Source: Tubiluchus corallicola
Lineage: Eukaryota; Animalia; Priapulida
Direction of reading: 5' to 3'
Length of the DNA stretch: 64,000 nt
Assembly (NCBI GenBank): GCA_030141605.1
Contig: JAQGDQ010000001.1
Location: 1-64,000, forward strand
The position numbers were made by a program, and so were the translations under genes. This document shows positions 44,680 to 59,181 of the stretch, piece after piece. Each line of letters begins with the position of its first letter. Within the stretch, counting starts at the first letter, position 1. The notes below the pieces were generated by a model. That model saw only the letters and a list, made by a program, of their open reading frames with translations. It had not been told where the DNA came from and did no database searches.

Positions 44680-47600
44680 TGGATATATCATCGAGTGAAG
44701 GTGAAAGTGCTAACTTAACGCAATAACTTATCGAATAACTTGGATGATGTTCTTTTACACTGATGTTTATTAGAATACTGCTTAATAATTTATTTGATAG
44801 TATTTACATTCTTTTGTTGATTTATTCCAAGGTCATGCTTTGTAACGTATATATATATTCGTATTTTGTGGGTTACTCTATAAAGCTGTCTTTTCCTGTG
44901 GCGCTGGTCTTTTTCTTGTTGTTGTTGCTTTTCATGTATTATATACTCATGAAAATTTGTATCTATGACAACTCTAAACATAGTAACAATTAGCTTATCT
45001 CATCATTTCAGAAGTAAGCAAAGACTATATAGAGTGTTCATGTATTATCGATCATAAATGGACACACTTATTAGTGTGTGTCATTTCATTCAGTTTCAAC
45101 ATTGAGCAAAATGTTTTTGTTGTTGCAGTTGTGCCTGGGGAAATGAGTAACCCAATGCTTCTTATTCCAGTTTAGTTGTTTGCAGAACAGGCTGGGTAAA
45201 ATTCTCCAGCCCAGTTTTTAGCAATTTTTTTTGTTTTGCATTGCTACAAGCTAGATATAGTTTTAGGAACAATTTAATCATTTTAATTCTATTAGTTGAA
45301 CACATTTTTCTTTGTGAAAACTATAAAAACCTTGTTGTTCAGCCTTTTGTTATAATGCTAGGCTTGCCATAACACCAACTTTTGGCTTGTCCAAATCTAG
45401 GGAGCACCACCAATCTTGCCTACTGCCATCTATGAATCTATCTGTTGTGTGATAAATCTCTTACATTGTAAGGCCAGTCGAGATAACGAATTTATGAAAG
45501 CACAATGAATTGCTGCTGAAAAATGGCCATTGTATTGTAAAATGATTTTTGGACATAAAACAGTTAGGTGTTTAAAGATTTAGGTGTGTGAATATGAATG
45601 TTTCGGTCTTGGTGTTAGGAACATGCAATTCAACCGTATACACAAGTTATGTAGTTATGGTTCACTGAAATGATGCAATTTTTAAAAACTGTTTTTTAAA
45701 GCTGCTGTTTGTACTGCCTCTCTCTAGGTCAAGTTATGTGTGGCGGCTATTTATAATCTTAATTGTCCTGTAATCTTACTTTGGGAGCATGTCTGCACAT
45801 GTCTACATATCAGCTGTAGGCTAGTGCTAGTACATCTAGTTTATATTTGACAGGATTGCTTCTCTGTACGTAACTACTGTTTTGCAAGTTACTGCAAAAG
45901 AACTACAACTGTATTGTTAATGTAGCAAAAATATGTACATAGTGTTAGTATATCACACATATTAACATAAGTATAATAGTGGTATACCATTATCACATAT
46001 TAAGATTAACTAGGAAACAAAATCGAGGTTGCACGTTTGACTGACTGATATTTCATGAACCTCGTCTTAACCGCCAACCCTGCTATAATGCCATATTTAG
46101 TGTCTCAGACTTGGCGTTATAACGACGCTTGATTGTAGAAGAATTGCCTTCAACTGACTTGTTGTTGTTTTATTATTTTGTACAGTGTCAAAGTGTTTTC
46201 CTATTCACCTGTCACTTTTTCATTATTTGTGGTTTTTCAAGTTGTTATTACTGACATTTATCTAGCATCTAATAAATTAGATATATAATTTGGTTGTTAA
46301 ATAAGACAATTTATGTAATATAAAATATTATTTTTACCTAATAAATCAGTTTCTTACAGGAGAAATAAGACAGGACAGATTGGTCTGTAATAGAGGGATG
46401 GGATGATATAGCGTGACAGAGAAAACCTGAGCAGAATAGACGAACAAAACAGAATTACACAGGAGAGTTTCAGATTACCATTACAAAACGCCTCTTAAAT
46501 TGAATAATAATGTTGCAGCTTAGAATGGGATAAAACAGAACAAAATCCAATAGATTTTTGTTGTAAATAAATAATTATAAATTTTTTTTTGATATATTAG
46601 CACTACACTCCACAACGAAGTGCACAATCAATTGTTAGTTGTGAAGTTCTTTACAAAGAAGTATGAGAATCAAGCAGTATATCAGCACTGGACTCCACAA
46701 TGAAATGCACAAGTTGTGGTATGCACAAGCACGAATTAACCGTTGGTTTTTAACAGCAATAATTGCTGTTATGGAGGAGTATTCTGAATCGACTAATTGC
46801 TGCAGTCTATTTAGAAAGCTAAGTAAAAGCAAAGGTTCCTTAAGTGTCAAGTTCATCAGCTAGAAAGCTTTTTTATAGTTTTTATGGTAATCTGGAGAAT
46901 ACATTGCGGCAAAACGCTGATATAAAAGTGTTAGCTTGTTTTTGCAACAGGTTGCGCCACCGAACGTTGCAGAAAGCTGCATTGCGTATGGCTGATACAG
47001 CTAGGGTTGCCACAAAGGGTAATTTTAAGTCAGAGATGGGATTTTGGCTTAATTACAAATCGTCTGGTACCACAAAATGTCGATTTGACTGCTACGAATC
47101 GCTGGTTTTATCTTTAGCTTATAATCAGATTTTACTTATTTCGCACAAGTTTGATTTGACATAAATTCTCGATGTCCTTACGCTATGTTTTGAATTCGGC
47201 ATTGGCTTAAATCTGTCATGATACTGCTTACAGGAACCACAGGTATGCAGCGTGAATACGAATTGATACCTAAGGCTCATTTCACACAGAGGGCGCACAG
47301 CAAAATACTTTGAGGACAAATTCCTTGCGGCATTCTCACAATCTGGAACACAATGCTTGTTATGGTGCCTCATAATGAGAAATTCTTCATATTTACTCCC
47401 GAGGAATTCTGCTGCCAAATGGAATGTATGTGCTCACTAGGGGAAAGTTATTACTTGGTTAGAGATGGAGCATATTAATTCCATTTCCGTGCGGATTTAT
47501 CGCGATATTTGCATTAAAACAACAGTAATGATTAATGTTTCAGTAAACGTTTTTTATTTATAAGTTTCATCTATGTTTATCATATAAGCAATTTTTTGTT

Positions 47601-48983
47601 TTACTAATTAAGATAACACTGTTATGGTTATATTCGTCAAAACGAATAAATAACGCATATAATTGATATTTATCAAAAACTGTAAAATGTTAACCCAAAA
47701 TGAAAATGCAGGCTCCTACAGATTAAACCTATCGATTCTAATTTGTTTAAATTACAACCTGTAATTAAATTTAGGCATTGAATGCTGGGCCGGAACCTGG
47801 AGCAAGCTGGACACGCATAAAAAACCGCTATTTTTCTTGTGTAGAATGAATTTTCTTGCTGTATGGGTTGCCTCCTCGATTATTTATCTTATTTACTACA
47901 AAGAAATAAAGTTTTACTGCAAATTTTCTGTTTGCGTGAGAGCAATTCCGTGCGTCAGTTTCCTTGTGTCCTCTGCGTGAAATGGATCTATCTCAGAGTG
48001 GCAGCGGCTTATCAACGTCACATTAAGCTACTTTCGGGTTTTTTGTATTCTGTTGTGCAAGAACTGAAGATGATGAAAATTGCGGGAGGTGCAATCTTTT
48101 ACCGTGCTTGGAAATGGAAAGTCTATAACTAATAAGATATATGTAGCTGATCATGAGTAGCTGACTGAATTATCTAGCTATTACATAATGTTTACCAGCA
48201 GTCAGTCATATGACTCCTCACACGTACTCAATCAGTTAGGCAGTCAGTTAGTACTCGTGTAGTAAGTTTGTCAGCCACTAAGTAAATCAGTTTCTCAAAA
48301 ACAAAACATGCAAGCAGCTAGCTAGTGCCAGTACACGTACGTGTAGTTTACATTTTTCATTTTAACCTAACAAGACGAAATTTTCGTTCGATGATATCGC
48401 ATGCTTGCTTTTTTCCTGGGAGGTCGTGAGTTCATTATTCAAAGGAACATAAAGATGGTACTAGCTGTTAGATTTTTAATCAAACGTGCGATTTTGTAGA
48501 GATGTACTGTGTCAGTTATAGGTCCGAATAAAGTCGGCCCACTGATTTCATTGGCTTTTCGCGCGCTGATTTGGCTTTATTTTGACCACGTTTGGCTTTT
48601 TCAGCAGAATGAGCAATTTAGCATGGCAGCGTTGTAATCGATTTCGCTAGCTGGCAACACTGGTTGCAGCACACTCGGGCCTGGGCACTCAACGAAGAAA
48701 CAGTAACACATGACATTGCTTTCCGGACTGGAGTCATCGGATGGTTGGAGTTATTTTACATTACCGTTTAACATTGATTTGTAATTTGCAGGACAATATT
48801 CTCGATAAAGTGGTGAAATACAATCATTTTGATTAGTTCAAAGGTGCAAAATTTCAGATGCCTATTCCATAAACGAGTTATTTGTTAAAACTTGTATTTT
48901 TGGAAACAGTCCTAAAGTTTGAATAATATTGGACTACTGGTCATAACTTTTTCACGTAGATCTACGCTTTTTTATCAGTTATA

Positions 48984-51566
48984 ATGACTTCGGATCCAAA
49001 GGAAGATTGTATTGTGGTAAGAAAATATACCAATAAAATATAACACTAATTGAAATACTCGTTTTTCTGTCTTTATACTCTTGTCATTAGTTAGACAAGT
49101 AATTTATAAAAAAACGCAGAGACACTTCTATTAGTATTACTAAGAAATCCTACAATACACGAAACTGGCAAATTTGCACTTTATTTTTGAGTATAATTGT
49201 GAGCAGTTAAGTCTAATGCGACAAAAATATACAAGCAGTAGGTCGTGTATGTATAAAATCATGTTGAAATTGTTTGTGGGCCTTTTAATAAGCTAAATAC
49301 TTTCCCACTACGATATACATAGCCTATTAATAAATTTAACAAATACATTACTTTCAGTACATTCAGCCTGAAGTTCTTTGTTTTCATTATCTACTTTTCT
49401 TATTTTTGTTTGAGATATGACACCAATGATTATATCAAGGTAGGCTTATACACTAAACACGTGAGATACCAGATCTAATAAACTACAGTGCTAGGTTCAG
49501 GCTTACAGTGTGCAGAGTGTTTGACAGTTGTGATTATTCATTTAAAATATCCAGCGAACTTCATACTAGATTCAGTGCAGTCCTGTTTACTGACAGCCTA
49601 CAACTTGTAGTTATGGCAAACAGATTCTAGTAAGTCATATTACCGTACCGTTAACCCATAGCTTACCTTGTAAAGATTTAGCTATTCAGCTAAAGTTAAT
49701 TGTTGTTCACTGGCAAGTTTGGGAGTCCTTGTTGCACAGATTTGACTTGCAGGTTATCAATTGATCATCTCACTTATAGGCCAGCCTGGACCTATGACTA
49801 ATGTAATTTTTATTACTGTTTATGATTAAGTAAGGTTAATAATTTACTTTCAATCAGAAATAATTTTTTCATTGCTTTTTAAATTGTTGTTTTGTTTATT
49901 TGATAATAGCACCCTGTTTGGGGAGCAAATTAATTTCATACTAATTCCAAGTTTCTGTTTAATATTGTTTCCTAAATATTTTTTTAGATTCCTGATAGCT
50001 ATGAAGGGTATTCACTGAGCATGTTCTGTGTGCCAAGACATTATGAGGATGATCTTAAGATGGTTTTAATTCCGGCAGGTCTTGTCGCTGACAGGTATTA
50101 CTTTCTTGGGCGATTTCACATCCGTATTAGGCATGATTAAATTTGTTTTACTTTATATATTTTATTGACACAGTTTCCTAAGATGAACTGTACCAGGCTA
50201 AATAATGGCTATAGCCTGTAATTTTAAGCTTTCTAGTGTTTGCAGTCGGTTAAATAGAAAATGTATAACCAAGGTGTCTGTCTGTAAGACAAAACAAATT
50301 ACATTTAGAATGATTTCAAGAATTTTAAGTTCAGTATAAATAATAATTATTAAGATGTCATTACTAAGACATCAGACAGGCATTCAAAAAATTTAACTCA
50401 AACTGATGGCACTGTCCATATTACTTAAATCTAAGAGATTTAAAGGCATGACAACAAATTTGTATAGCTAACTACCACTGCAACATAATAAGATAAATAT
50501 TGTCAGTATAATAAATATAATATTATAATTGCCTCAGCATGTAAATTTTTGTGTTGATTTGACGAAGCTCTGTTGTTGGGTATTTTTCTTTTGCAAACTG
50601 TAGTAAAGTCAAGTAACTTTGAATTTTTGCCAGCCCATCCATATATTCACAGCATTTTGTTTTCCGTAAGTAATTTGGACATCAATACATTTCAAATTAA
50701 ATTTGGCAGTAAAATCTTGTGATCTGAACTGAAGCCATTGTGTGATGATGTGTGGTCCATGCCTGGAGCATATTACATAGTAAATTTACTTATTTGTTCT
50801 TATTCATCCCTGGCGTGAAAATGAATAAACTCAGGCGCAAAAGCTAACATCGTGAGTCCATGACTCTATTAACTGGGTCTGTGTTTGACAGTTTTTGTTT
50901 GGTGAATTCAAGATGGTTTGACATCATCTAACTTTGTTTGTCAAACTAAAAGTTTGTCACTTTCGTTGTTTATATGATCAAATTAGTTTGCCAAATTTAA
51001 ACTGACAAACAAGTTTGACAAAAAAGCTGATCATCTAAATGTGGCATAATAATCACGAATAGATTTTTTTGATGTAATCTATTTCTGCTTAGCTTGTTTT
51101 TAGATAAGTATTTGTGATGTAAGAATGCCTAAGCTCGATTCTTTTTCTCATGCAGAACAATGGGTAGTTTTATTGTGTACTATTATACTATTATATTAAT
51201 TTGAGAAACAGGTCACGTGGTAAATTGCCTAGAGTAAATTTGGCCTGTGGCAAGTACAAATTTATGACAGACAGTATCTGTTCAGGTTGACACTTGCAAA
51301 GCATTCTTAAAATGTTTATTCCTGTATGTTCTTGTAGCTGCTTATAAATATATATTATGATCTTATGTTTTATATATATGTATTTGTATACTGCATAACC
51401 TCATGGCTTATTTGGGTAAATGTTTTCCTACAGACTATAGCATTTTTGGGTACGAGGCTGAAATTCAATACCACTATATTTAAATGTTTGGGACTTCGGA
51501 GAAAAAAGTGCTTAAAACTTGTAGAGCACTGTAAAAGTGAATGTATAATAATTATAAATAATAATG

Positions 51567-51600
<34 letters not shown>

Positions 51601-54600
51601 TGAATAATTATAAAGAAAGTCGGTTTGCAGATGAGCGCCAGCTAGGGTTTTGCTGAGACGGTGAGCAGGTATTTAATGAATTTAAACTGATATATGAATA
51701 ATTTGTGAAGTTTACACCAGTGCTAGAATGCTGTAACCAACGAGCAGTATGTGTCACTAGATGGTTTATATATTCACTTGACTAGTGTTTTGCATTGTTA
51801 TTTTAAACAGATAGCATCACAATTTCTGTTCCTTTTACAGTCCAATAGGTAAAATGATTGTGATTGATACTCATAGTGTAAGTATTCAGGAGAGCAGTTG
51901 AAATAATTTAGTACTATTGTTTAAAGTCATTTGTAAGCCAAACTTCTTGATTAAAGGATGGCTACATTTAACTAAATCATTTTGAACGAGTCTTTCACAA
52001 TGAAAACGGCTGTGCCATTATTTATTTTGTCTGGTTCATTAATGTCTTACTGTCCAACAGTTTAATCTTAAACTGTTTGGTATTGTTTTACAGTTTAGTT
52101 TTGTAGAATAATGTAAGTTGCTTTTGCTTAGTGATAATGCATTCTCACTCTGAAGGTAAGTTAGTAACAGAATGGTGTTTATTATGTCGCTTTTTAACTG
52201 ACATAGTGTGACCTATGTTATAAAATTTTGTTTTGTGTTTAGAACAGAAAGACTAGCCAGAAATATTTGGGAAGATGTGGGAAGAGAAGGTCTTGTTGCA
52301 TTGTGTGTGCTGAAGGGTGGATACAAGTTCTTTTCTGACTTAATAGATAGGATCAAAACATTAAATAGTTCTTCTGATCATGGTTCTGTTCCAATAGCAG
52401 TTGACTTCATTAGACTAAAAAGCTATCAGGTGAAATTGACAAGCATTATGAAATTTCATTATAGCTTGCTTCTTAGTTGAAACTGATCGATTTAATTGGT
52501 ACTTGACAGCATACTATCTTGCAAAGCTTGCAATTTATATTTGCCTTATTTGCTTAACATTTGTAATTCATGAACAGTCATCAACATCTCGGGACCATTT
52601 ATTTGTTTAATTTTTAATTTATAAGTGTTTGATTTTTTTAGAAGTTTATGTATCTATTTGTTATTAATTTTTCACCAAAACTGATTACTACCTTTAGAGA
52701 AAATTAATTAGTACCTGTCTAAAAGTCAATTATTATATTGAATTTATCAGTTCACAAACGTCTTAGATACGGTTTGTGTTAAAAATATTGACTCAGTGTT
52801 TCATAACTTTCTGGCTATTTCTCTTTTACAGGATGACAAGTCAACTGGGGAAATAAGAGTTATTGGTGGTGACCACTTGAAAAATTTAGAAGGAAAGGTA
52901 AGGGCCGAATGACCTTATCAATTTACTTAAACTGCTATAGGCTGTTAGTGCTGTGCTGTGTGTTTAATGTAGTTTATCTTGAATATATATTTTCTTTATT
53001 TGAATTTTTAAAGTTTCTTTGCATTATCACAAATGTTTGTGCTACTTCCACCAAATCTGTTATTTGTTCCACCTGTTATTTTAAAATGATGTGAATCTTG
53101 AGTATATCTGCTAGCTGTTTAAAAACTTTGTAAAATTTTGGTTAATGTGGAACACATATCTTTGGAAAAGCATAACTGAAGACATATTTTGATCAAGTGC
53201 TCAGTTTTACTGAAAAGGTAATATTTGACATACTTTAATTTATATTTTCAGCATGTTCTTATTGTTGAGGATATCATTGATACTGGAAAAACAATGCAGA
53301 AATTGTTACGTCTGCTTGCCGACCATAATCCAAAAACTGTTAGTGTTGCCAGGTTAGCTTTTTTTAACTAATATTTTTAAGAGTAAATGGAGAATTTTAA
53401 TGGAAACAGACCCATTATTTCAGTAAAATAGAACAATATCTTTACTATTTAACAAAACGTTGGGAAATGTTTTCTAACGAACTTCTCAAAATTCCAACTT
53501 GGCTGCATCCAGCTGGCTATCTGGTGGTTTTGCAAATTATGCAAACAAAATCACTTTGGACAGCTGAGCCATTAAGTTTTAGTTAGCCATTCTTACTGAT
53601 GTGTAGAAGCACCTCTAACCAGTCACTTGTGCCATTGTTAGATCACATACACAGTCCAACAATGACAATCTTATTTGGATAGCTGACTGTAGAGTTTTGA
53701 ACATTTTTTAAACGAGTAAGCAGTAGAATAATAGCGTCTTTAGAATAAGCAAAATAGTCAATATGATATGAAATGTATAGGTGTACCTCTTCTTGTAAAG
53801 CCATAGTTGAAAGCATTACTGTACAGCTTGTGCTGCTTTTATGTATATATATATATATATATATAGTGTACCTTTATATCCAACTGATAAATTTAGCAGT
53901 AAAATGCTAGGTATGTAGCAGAGAAAAACCTTTTATACAAATCATTTTAATTCTTGCGCTCATTGTTATCTCGATGTCTTGTGATTGCGCTTACATAATA
54001 TTTTGTTATATAAAATCCAAAAGATCAGTCAGTCTTCATTTATTTTCTTCCTTCTGCCTAACGGTAGCACTTGACGGTGTATTGAAATGTTGTGCTCGTT
54101 AATTTTTGTTATTAAGAATTTGTTCACGATGTCATGTTGGTTAAGTTTTCTTTGTAAAAGTAATCCTTATCCTCATAGTAAGGGTAATTACCAAATTTCA
54201 TATACCGGTATTATGTGTGTATGCACTGTAATAAATTGCTTGTACTGGTTTTTCTTGTAGTTTGTTAGTAAAGAGAACACCTCTTAGTACTGGGTACAGA
54301 CCAGACTGTGAGTTGATTTTAACTTTTCTTTGCTTCATGATGAATTTTATTCCATTCATTATTCGTATATTGTTTTTTGTGAGTGTGAGAAAAGCTAGTT
54401 TTCTGGAATTAGATCATACCTCACTGATCTATGGTTTAAAAATGCCTGTTGCTACCTATAGTAATTACCAAAATGTTTCTTAGAATTTGACATGTTTACT
54501 AGCAATGGCATTACTTTAATGGTAGAAACTTTATACAGCAAGTCCTCGTTTAGCGACTCCCCGTGTAGCGGCGTATTAATAAAAATTATGGTAATGATTT

Positions 54601-56983
54601 ACTATCTAAGCAGCCAGAGACAGGCCAAGAAGATTCATTTCTGACCACTTGCTAATTCTTGTAGCACTTTTCCACGTGTGCCTAGAGATCAAATTCTTCT
54701 GAAAAAATCTCACCTCTCACATCACTGTTTTGATAATTGCTGCTTTCACCTCATTTGCATTTACGTTGTCAAAAAAAAATAACACTAGAAATTTTCTCAG
54801 GAGCATTAGTTAGAAATGGCTAGAATTAGACCTCTGTATAAAGCTTTTAGAAGTACAGTACACTCATATCTCGGTTTGCCGGATCACTTTTACGGATATT
54901 GGAAGAATCGGACAAAATCTGTGCTATTAAAAGTCATGCATACTATGGACACAGTCCGAATGGACCGCTAGCGGCGGGCCGTCACTTTGTTTACATCATT
55001 ACATCAGTGTAACCACATGTGTATCACCATGTGTTAAAATACGGAATCAATTATGCAGAGTTGCTGACAGTTTTTTATGCTTTTACATAGGAGCAGCTCA
55101 TACTAGACGTTTTTAGGACAATCAGGCGATTGATTCTGTATTACTGTGAGTCTAATACACGGTAAATAGAGACAATCGGCAAATTCGGACCGACATCTCC
55201 CCGCTTTTGTCCAGCAAACCGAGATATGAGTGCATTGGTGCTAGATTTGAATTTTTTGTAAAAATAGTCCGGATAAGTTCAGAAGTGGGACAAGATGTTG
55301 CTAATGCTGTACTGTGTTGAAAAGAAGTTTTAGTAGAAAAAAGAAGAATCTACACAACCAATGCAAAATTTTTTGTAAACAACAAGCAAAGAAAGAGGAA
55401 GAGATGGCACAAGGGGATCAATCAGAGGAAGATGCGTGTATGCTAGAAATTCAAAATTGAATTTTCACTGCAAGGTTTAGTTCTCACATAAAAATAATAG
55501 TAGTTAACAATTGTCAGAATAAAAGTCATAAAGTGTTTGATTTGTGAGCCAAGTATTGTTAATTTTTGTCCTGCAAGGCAATTGAGAGCTTTACATAGCC
55601 AGGTATTATTGATTTTCATCTTGTAGGGCAACTTAGCGAGCACTCTTACATAGGCATTATTGATACATTTCGTTGGGGAACACAGTAAGCGATTACGTCG
55701 TTTTTGAGCTCGAAAACAGTGAACAGCTAGGTGAATCGCAATAATGGATGAGGAAGATGTACGTAAATGAAGAATGCAACTTGCAGTGTTCCGCATTTTT
55801 GAAATTTAAATAGATTGGGTACATTCATTTTCTTTCGTTGAAAGAGAATTGTCATTGAAAGACAAATAATGCAATATAAATTTAAGAACTTGCAATATTG
55901 TACAATAGCAATAAATCAACAGAAAAAATCGAAATAGTGTAACAATTATGGTGTATAGCGACTATTTATCATGTGTAATTGTTTACTGTAAATTTAAAAA
56001 TTGCCTTGAGTGAGGAATCGCAAAACCGAGCTAAATTTCCAAAGCTTTTGAAAGAAGTAAAGTTAATAACAAAAACTAAACATTTAATATTCATTACTGA
56101 CCTCAAAAGGTATTTCAGTTACAAAGATCTTGTACAGTATCTGTGACTGCATTTAGGGGTACTTGTATCATAGAGGGGAAACCAAATTCTACGGCATGTA
56201 TAATTTATTCCTTCTTTATTATGAAAACGCACTTTTCGGTCTGAGAAAAAAAGGTTTGACAATAAAGTGCTGATCCGTGTGAGTACATGGCTTTCCGCGC
56301 GGCCGCAGTGGAAATGACAAACACGTAAACAATGATTTACAAAAGCGCGCTATTGCTTCATTTCTTTTCCATTTGAGTCATACAGAAAGTCTGTGTCTGT
56401 GCAGACGCAGTGGAAACGCGGCCTTATATCTGTAGTTCAATCCGCCTTGGGCATCTGTTGAAATGTTTGTTTACCTTTGCAGATATTGGATTTGAGGTTC
56501 CAGATGCTTTCGTTGTTGGTTATGCCTTGGATTACAATGAGTATTTCAGAGATTTAAATGTAAGAAAAATGGCTTCATAATTGCCTAAACTCTGTTTATT
56601 CACTCCCTCTTGGTATATTTATTATTGCACTAAAGAAAGTAGGACCATTTGCAATTGTAATGCTCGATATTAACAGGCAAGAAAAATAAGCAATGGGGAA
56701 AAATTATTGTTGTGCATTTGATGGGTTTCACAGTAAGAATTTTATTAAATCTTCAAAGACAATTTTCTTATGGGCAGTATTATATGTGGCAAACAATGAC
56801 GCATTTCCAATGACAATCAGAGGACTTGCCATGATGTCCACAAGTGTATGTTACAGTTTTACATAGTGGGCTTTTTAAATAATAATCATTCTGAAAATGG
56901 TTAGTTACGTGAAACTTCTTTTATTTCAGCATGTATGTGTGATTAATGAAAATGGTATAAACAAGTATTCAGCAAAGAAGTAA
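48984..56983 (+). CDS. HPRT1: Hypoxanthine-guanine phosphoribosyltransferase, tandem copy 2 (canonical), 223 aa
   Basis: Exons 48984-49016, 49988-50094, 52243-52429, 52832-52897, 53252-53352, 54261-54307, 56483-56559, 56930-56983. Motifs [51 protein letters not shown]. Confidence 0.96.
54856..55237. mobile_element. MITE with TIRs of about 28 bp (pogo/Tigger-like termini)
   Basis: CAGTACACTCATATCTCGGTTTGCCGGA versus (rc) CAATGCACTCATATCTCGGTTTGCTGGA; the left end is preceded by TA. Confidence 0.8.
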
Positions 56984-57626
56984 ATCCTCACAGCCGTACC
57001 AGGCCAACCAATGTGGCGCTATCAATAAAGCCAAATCTCATTTGTGCAAAGAAGAAATGCTGTTTTAAATGGGAATGACTTGAATATTTTTAGTTTTTTA
57101 CATTATGAAGATCTGCCTTAACTTTTTAGTTTTTTTTCATTTAATTTTATAAAAGATTCCTGAGTTCTGGGTTCTGTAATATAGAAGTATTACGCAGTTT
57201 ATGAATCCATTAATTTCTTGCACTTAACTACACATTTAAGCATTATACTATAATAAGTGTGTGTACTGGTATTGCAATAGCTACTGACAATTTTCTACAG
57301 GGAAACAATAAATACAATTTGATGCAAAGGATTTTGCATCTCTGCCATGCATTTTGCAGTAAATTATGTTGAAATTTGTTATTTGCCATGCCTTTTCTTT
57401 TAACAGTCAATGCAGAATCAAAAATCTAAAAAGTCATTGAAGTTAACATGTGAAAAGCTTTCTAAACATTATTACATCTTTAACAAGCGGCCAACTGGTA
57501 TAGAATTGCAATACGTTGCACTAGAGGCCAAATTATTTTTGTCTTATCTGATTATTTGCTGAAAGATCAGTAATAGTAAAGCAAGTTTTACAACTAAATC
57601 TGTAGTGTATACAAATGATTACTTTT

Positions 57627-57953
57627 TATTAGTCACTCATCTGTGTTACTCATTAGTTGTTACAGATGCTGAGTTTGATTCCTGAATGTATGTGTGTGTT
57701 TAAAAATTCTATATTAATTGTACTGTTGCTTGTTTTGATAGAATCACACGATGTAGATTTGTTACATAGCTTGATTGCATTTTGTTATACTTATTAGTCA
57801 CGCATCTATGTTACTCATTAGTTGTTACAGATGCTGAATTTGATTTCCGAATAGATGCGTGTTTAAAAATTCTATATTAATTGTAATGTTCCCCTTTTGT
57901 TATAATCACACGATGTAGATTTGTTATCATAGCTTGCTTGCATTTTGTTATAC
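57627..57953. repeat. Imperfect tandem duplication, unit of about 165 bp
   Basis: TATTAGTCAC..GCATTTTGTTATACT starts at both 57627 and 57792. Confidence 0.9.
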
Positions 57954-58071
57954 TCTGTTCATAGCAATCATCAAATGTGATGCCAAATTTATCATCTCAA
58001 GTTGTATGCTGTAGTAGCATATAAAATTGTACAAGTGCCTTGAGCCTCATTTTTGATTGATATTGTTTAAC

Positions 58072-58277
58072 TCCACTAATATGTTGATTTTAATTTCTAC
58101 TGAGTGATGATTGTTCTACTGAATTCATTGATCATTGTTTACAATTTTGGATCATGTTGAGTAAGTGAAAGATTTCCACTAATATGTTGATTTTAATTTC
58201 TACTGAGTGATGATTGTTCTACTGAATTCATTGATCATTGTTTACAATTTTGGATCATGTTGAGTAAGTGAAAGATT
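58072..58277. repeat. Apparently perfect tandem duplication, 103-bp unit
   Basis: TCCACTAATATG..GTGAAAGATT at 58072-58174 and 58175-58277. Confidence 0.93.
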
Positions 58278-58316
58278 TATTTTCTTGTTGTAAAATTTCG
58301 CATTTTAGTGTCATTA

Positions 58317-58478
58317 CAGTCAAACGTCAACTCCCACTCTGTAATTACCAACATTGATAGTTTTGGCAAAATAAAATGTCTATAATTTTGCATAATGCAC
58401 CTCATTATAATGCCAAACTTGCTGAACACCAACATTTTTTTGCAATCCCAAAGTAGGCGGTATAAAGAGCTTTGACTG
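58317..58478. mobile_element. Tc1/pogo(Tigger)-like MITE, family A copy
   Basis: TA-CAGTCAAA ... TTTGACTG-TA, with a TA TSD on both sides. Confidence 0.8.
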
Positions 58479-59181
58479 TATTTGTTCCTAGGGACGGACT
58501 TGTCATACTTGGAAAAGACTTTTTATCAGTATTAGTTTATGTAAGTTATGCAAGGCATGTTTTGCGATTATACAACAATGGTGCTATTTTTGTTTTTGGA
58601 CAGTATAATATAATTTCAGGCTAGGATCACATTTAGCCAAAAATTCCCAATTTTACAACAGTTACATTTAACTATCCTTTTGATATTGTTGCCATACTTT
58701 GCTATTAATAACAAGTTGAAAAGGAAAGCAAACAAGGTATTCTAAACCAGTAAATGTTTTTTCATATGTGGTTGCAAATTTGAAAAATTAAGAGTGCAAA
58801 GTTAATTCAGGGAAAAATTAATTCAAGAAAAAATTGCATTACAAACGTGTTTTGCCGATTGGGGGTATAATACACTTCTGTGAAAACCGGTGTTTGTTAG
58901 TTTCTTACAATAAATATGTTTTGTGCAGTGTCAACATGATCTGTGTTCGTTTTTTAATTATTACTATTACAAATTATTCAATGATGGTGCTGTCCTAGAG
59001 TTTTTTGGGTGTAACAAATATAATCTCTCTTAAGATTTGTTTATTAACCTAAATGGTTATAACAAAATAGTTAACAAATATTTATAACAATTGTATGTCA
59101 TAAAACAGTGAGACATGACTAATGGCAAATAACATTCAATAAAGTAATTATACCATTTCAACAATATTTTCTCTATTTCTA

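Noticed and set aside
47125-47418. ORF with HCVPDCENAARN resembling the start of a THAP finger, between AGGGTTGCCA and TGGCAACACT motifs
   Set aside because: No CxxHF or AVP motif and no confirmed TIR or TSD; at most a decayed transposon fragment.
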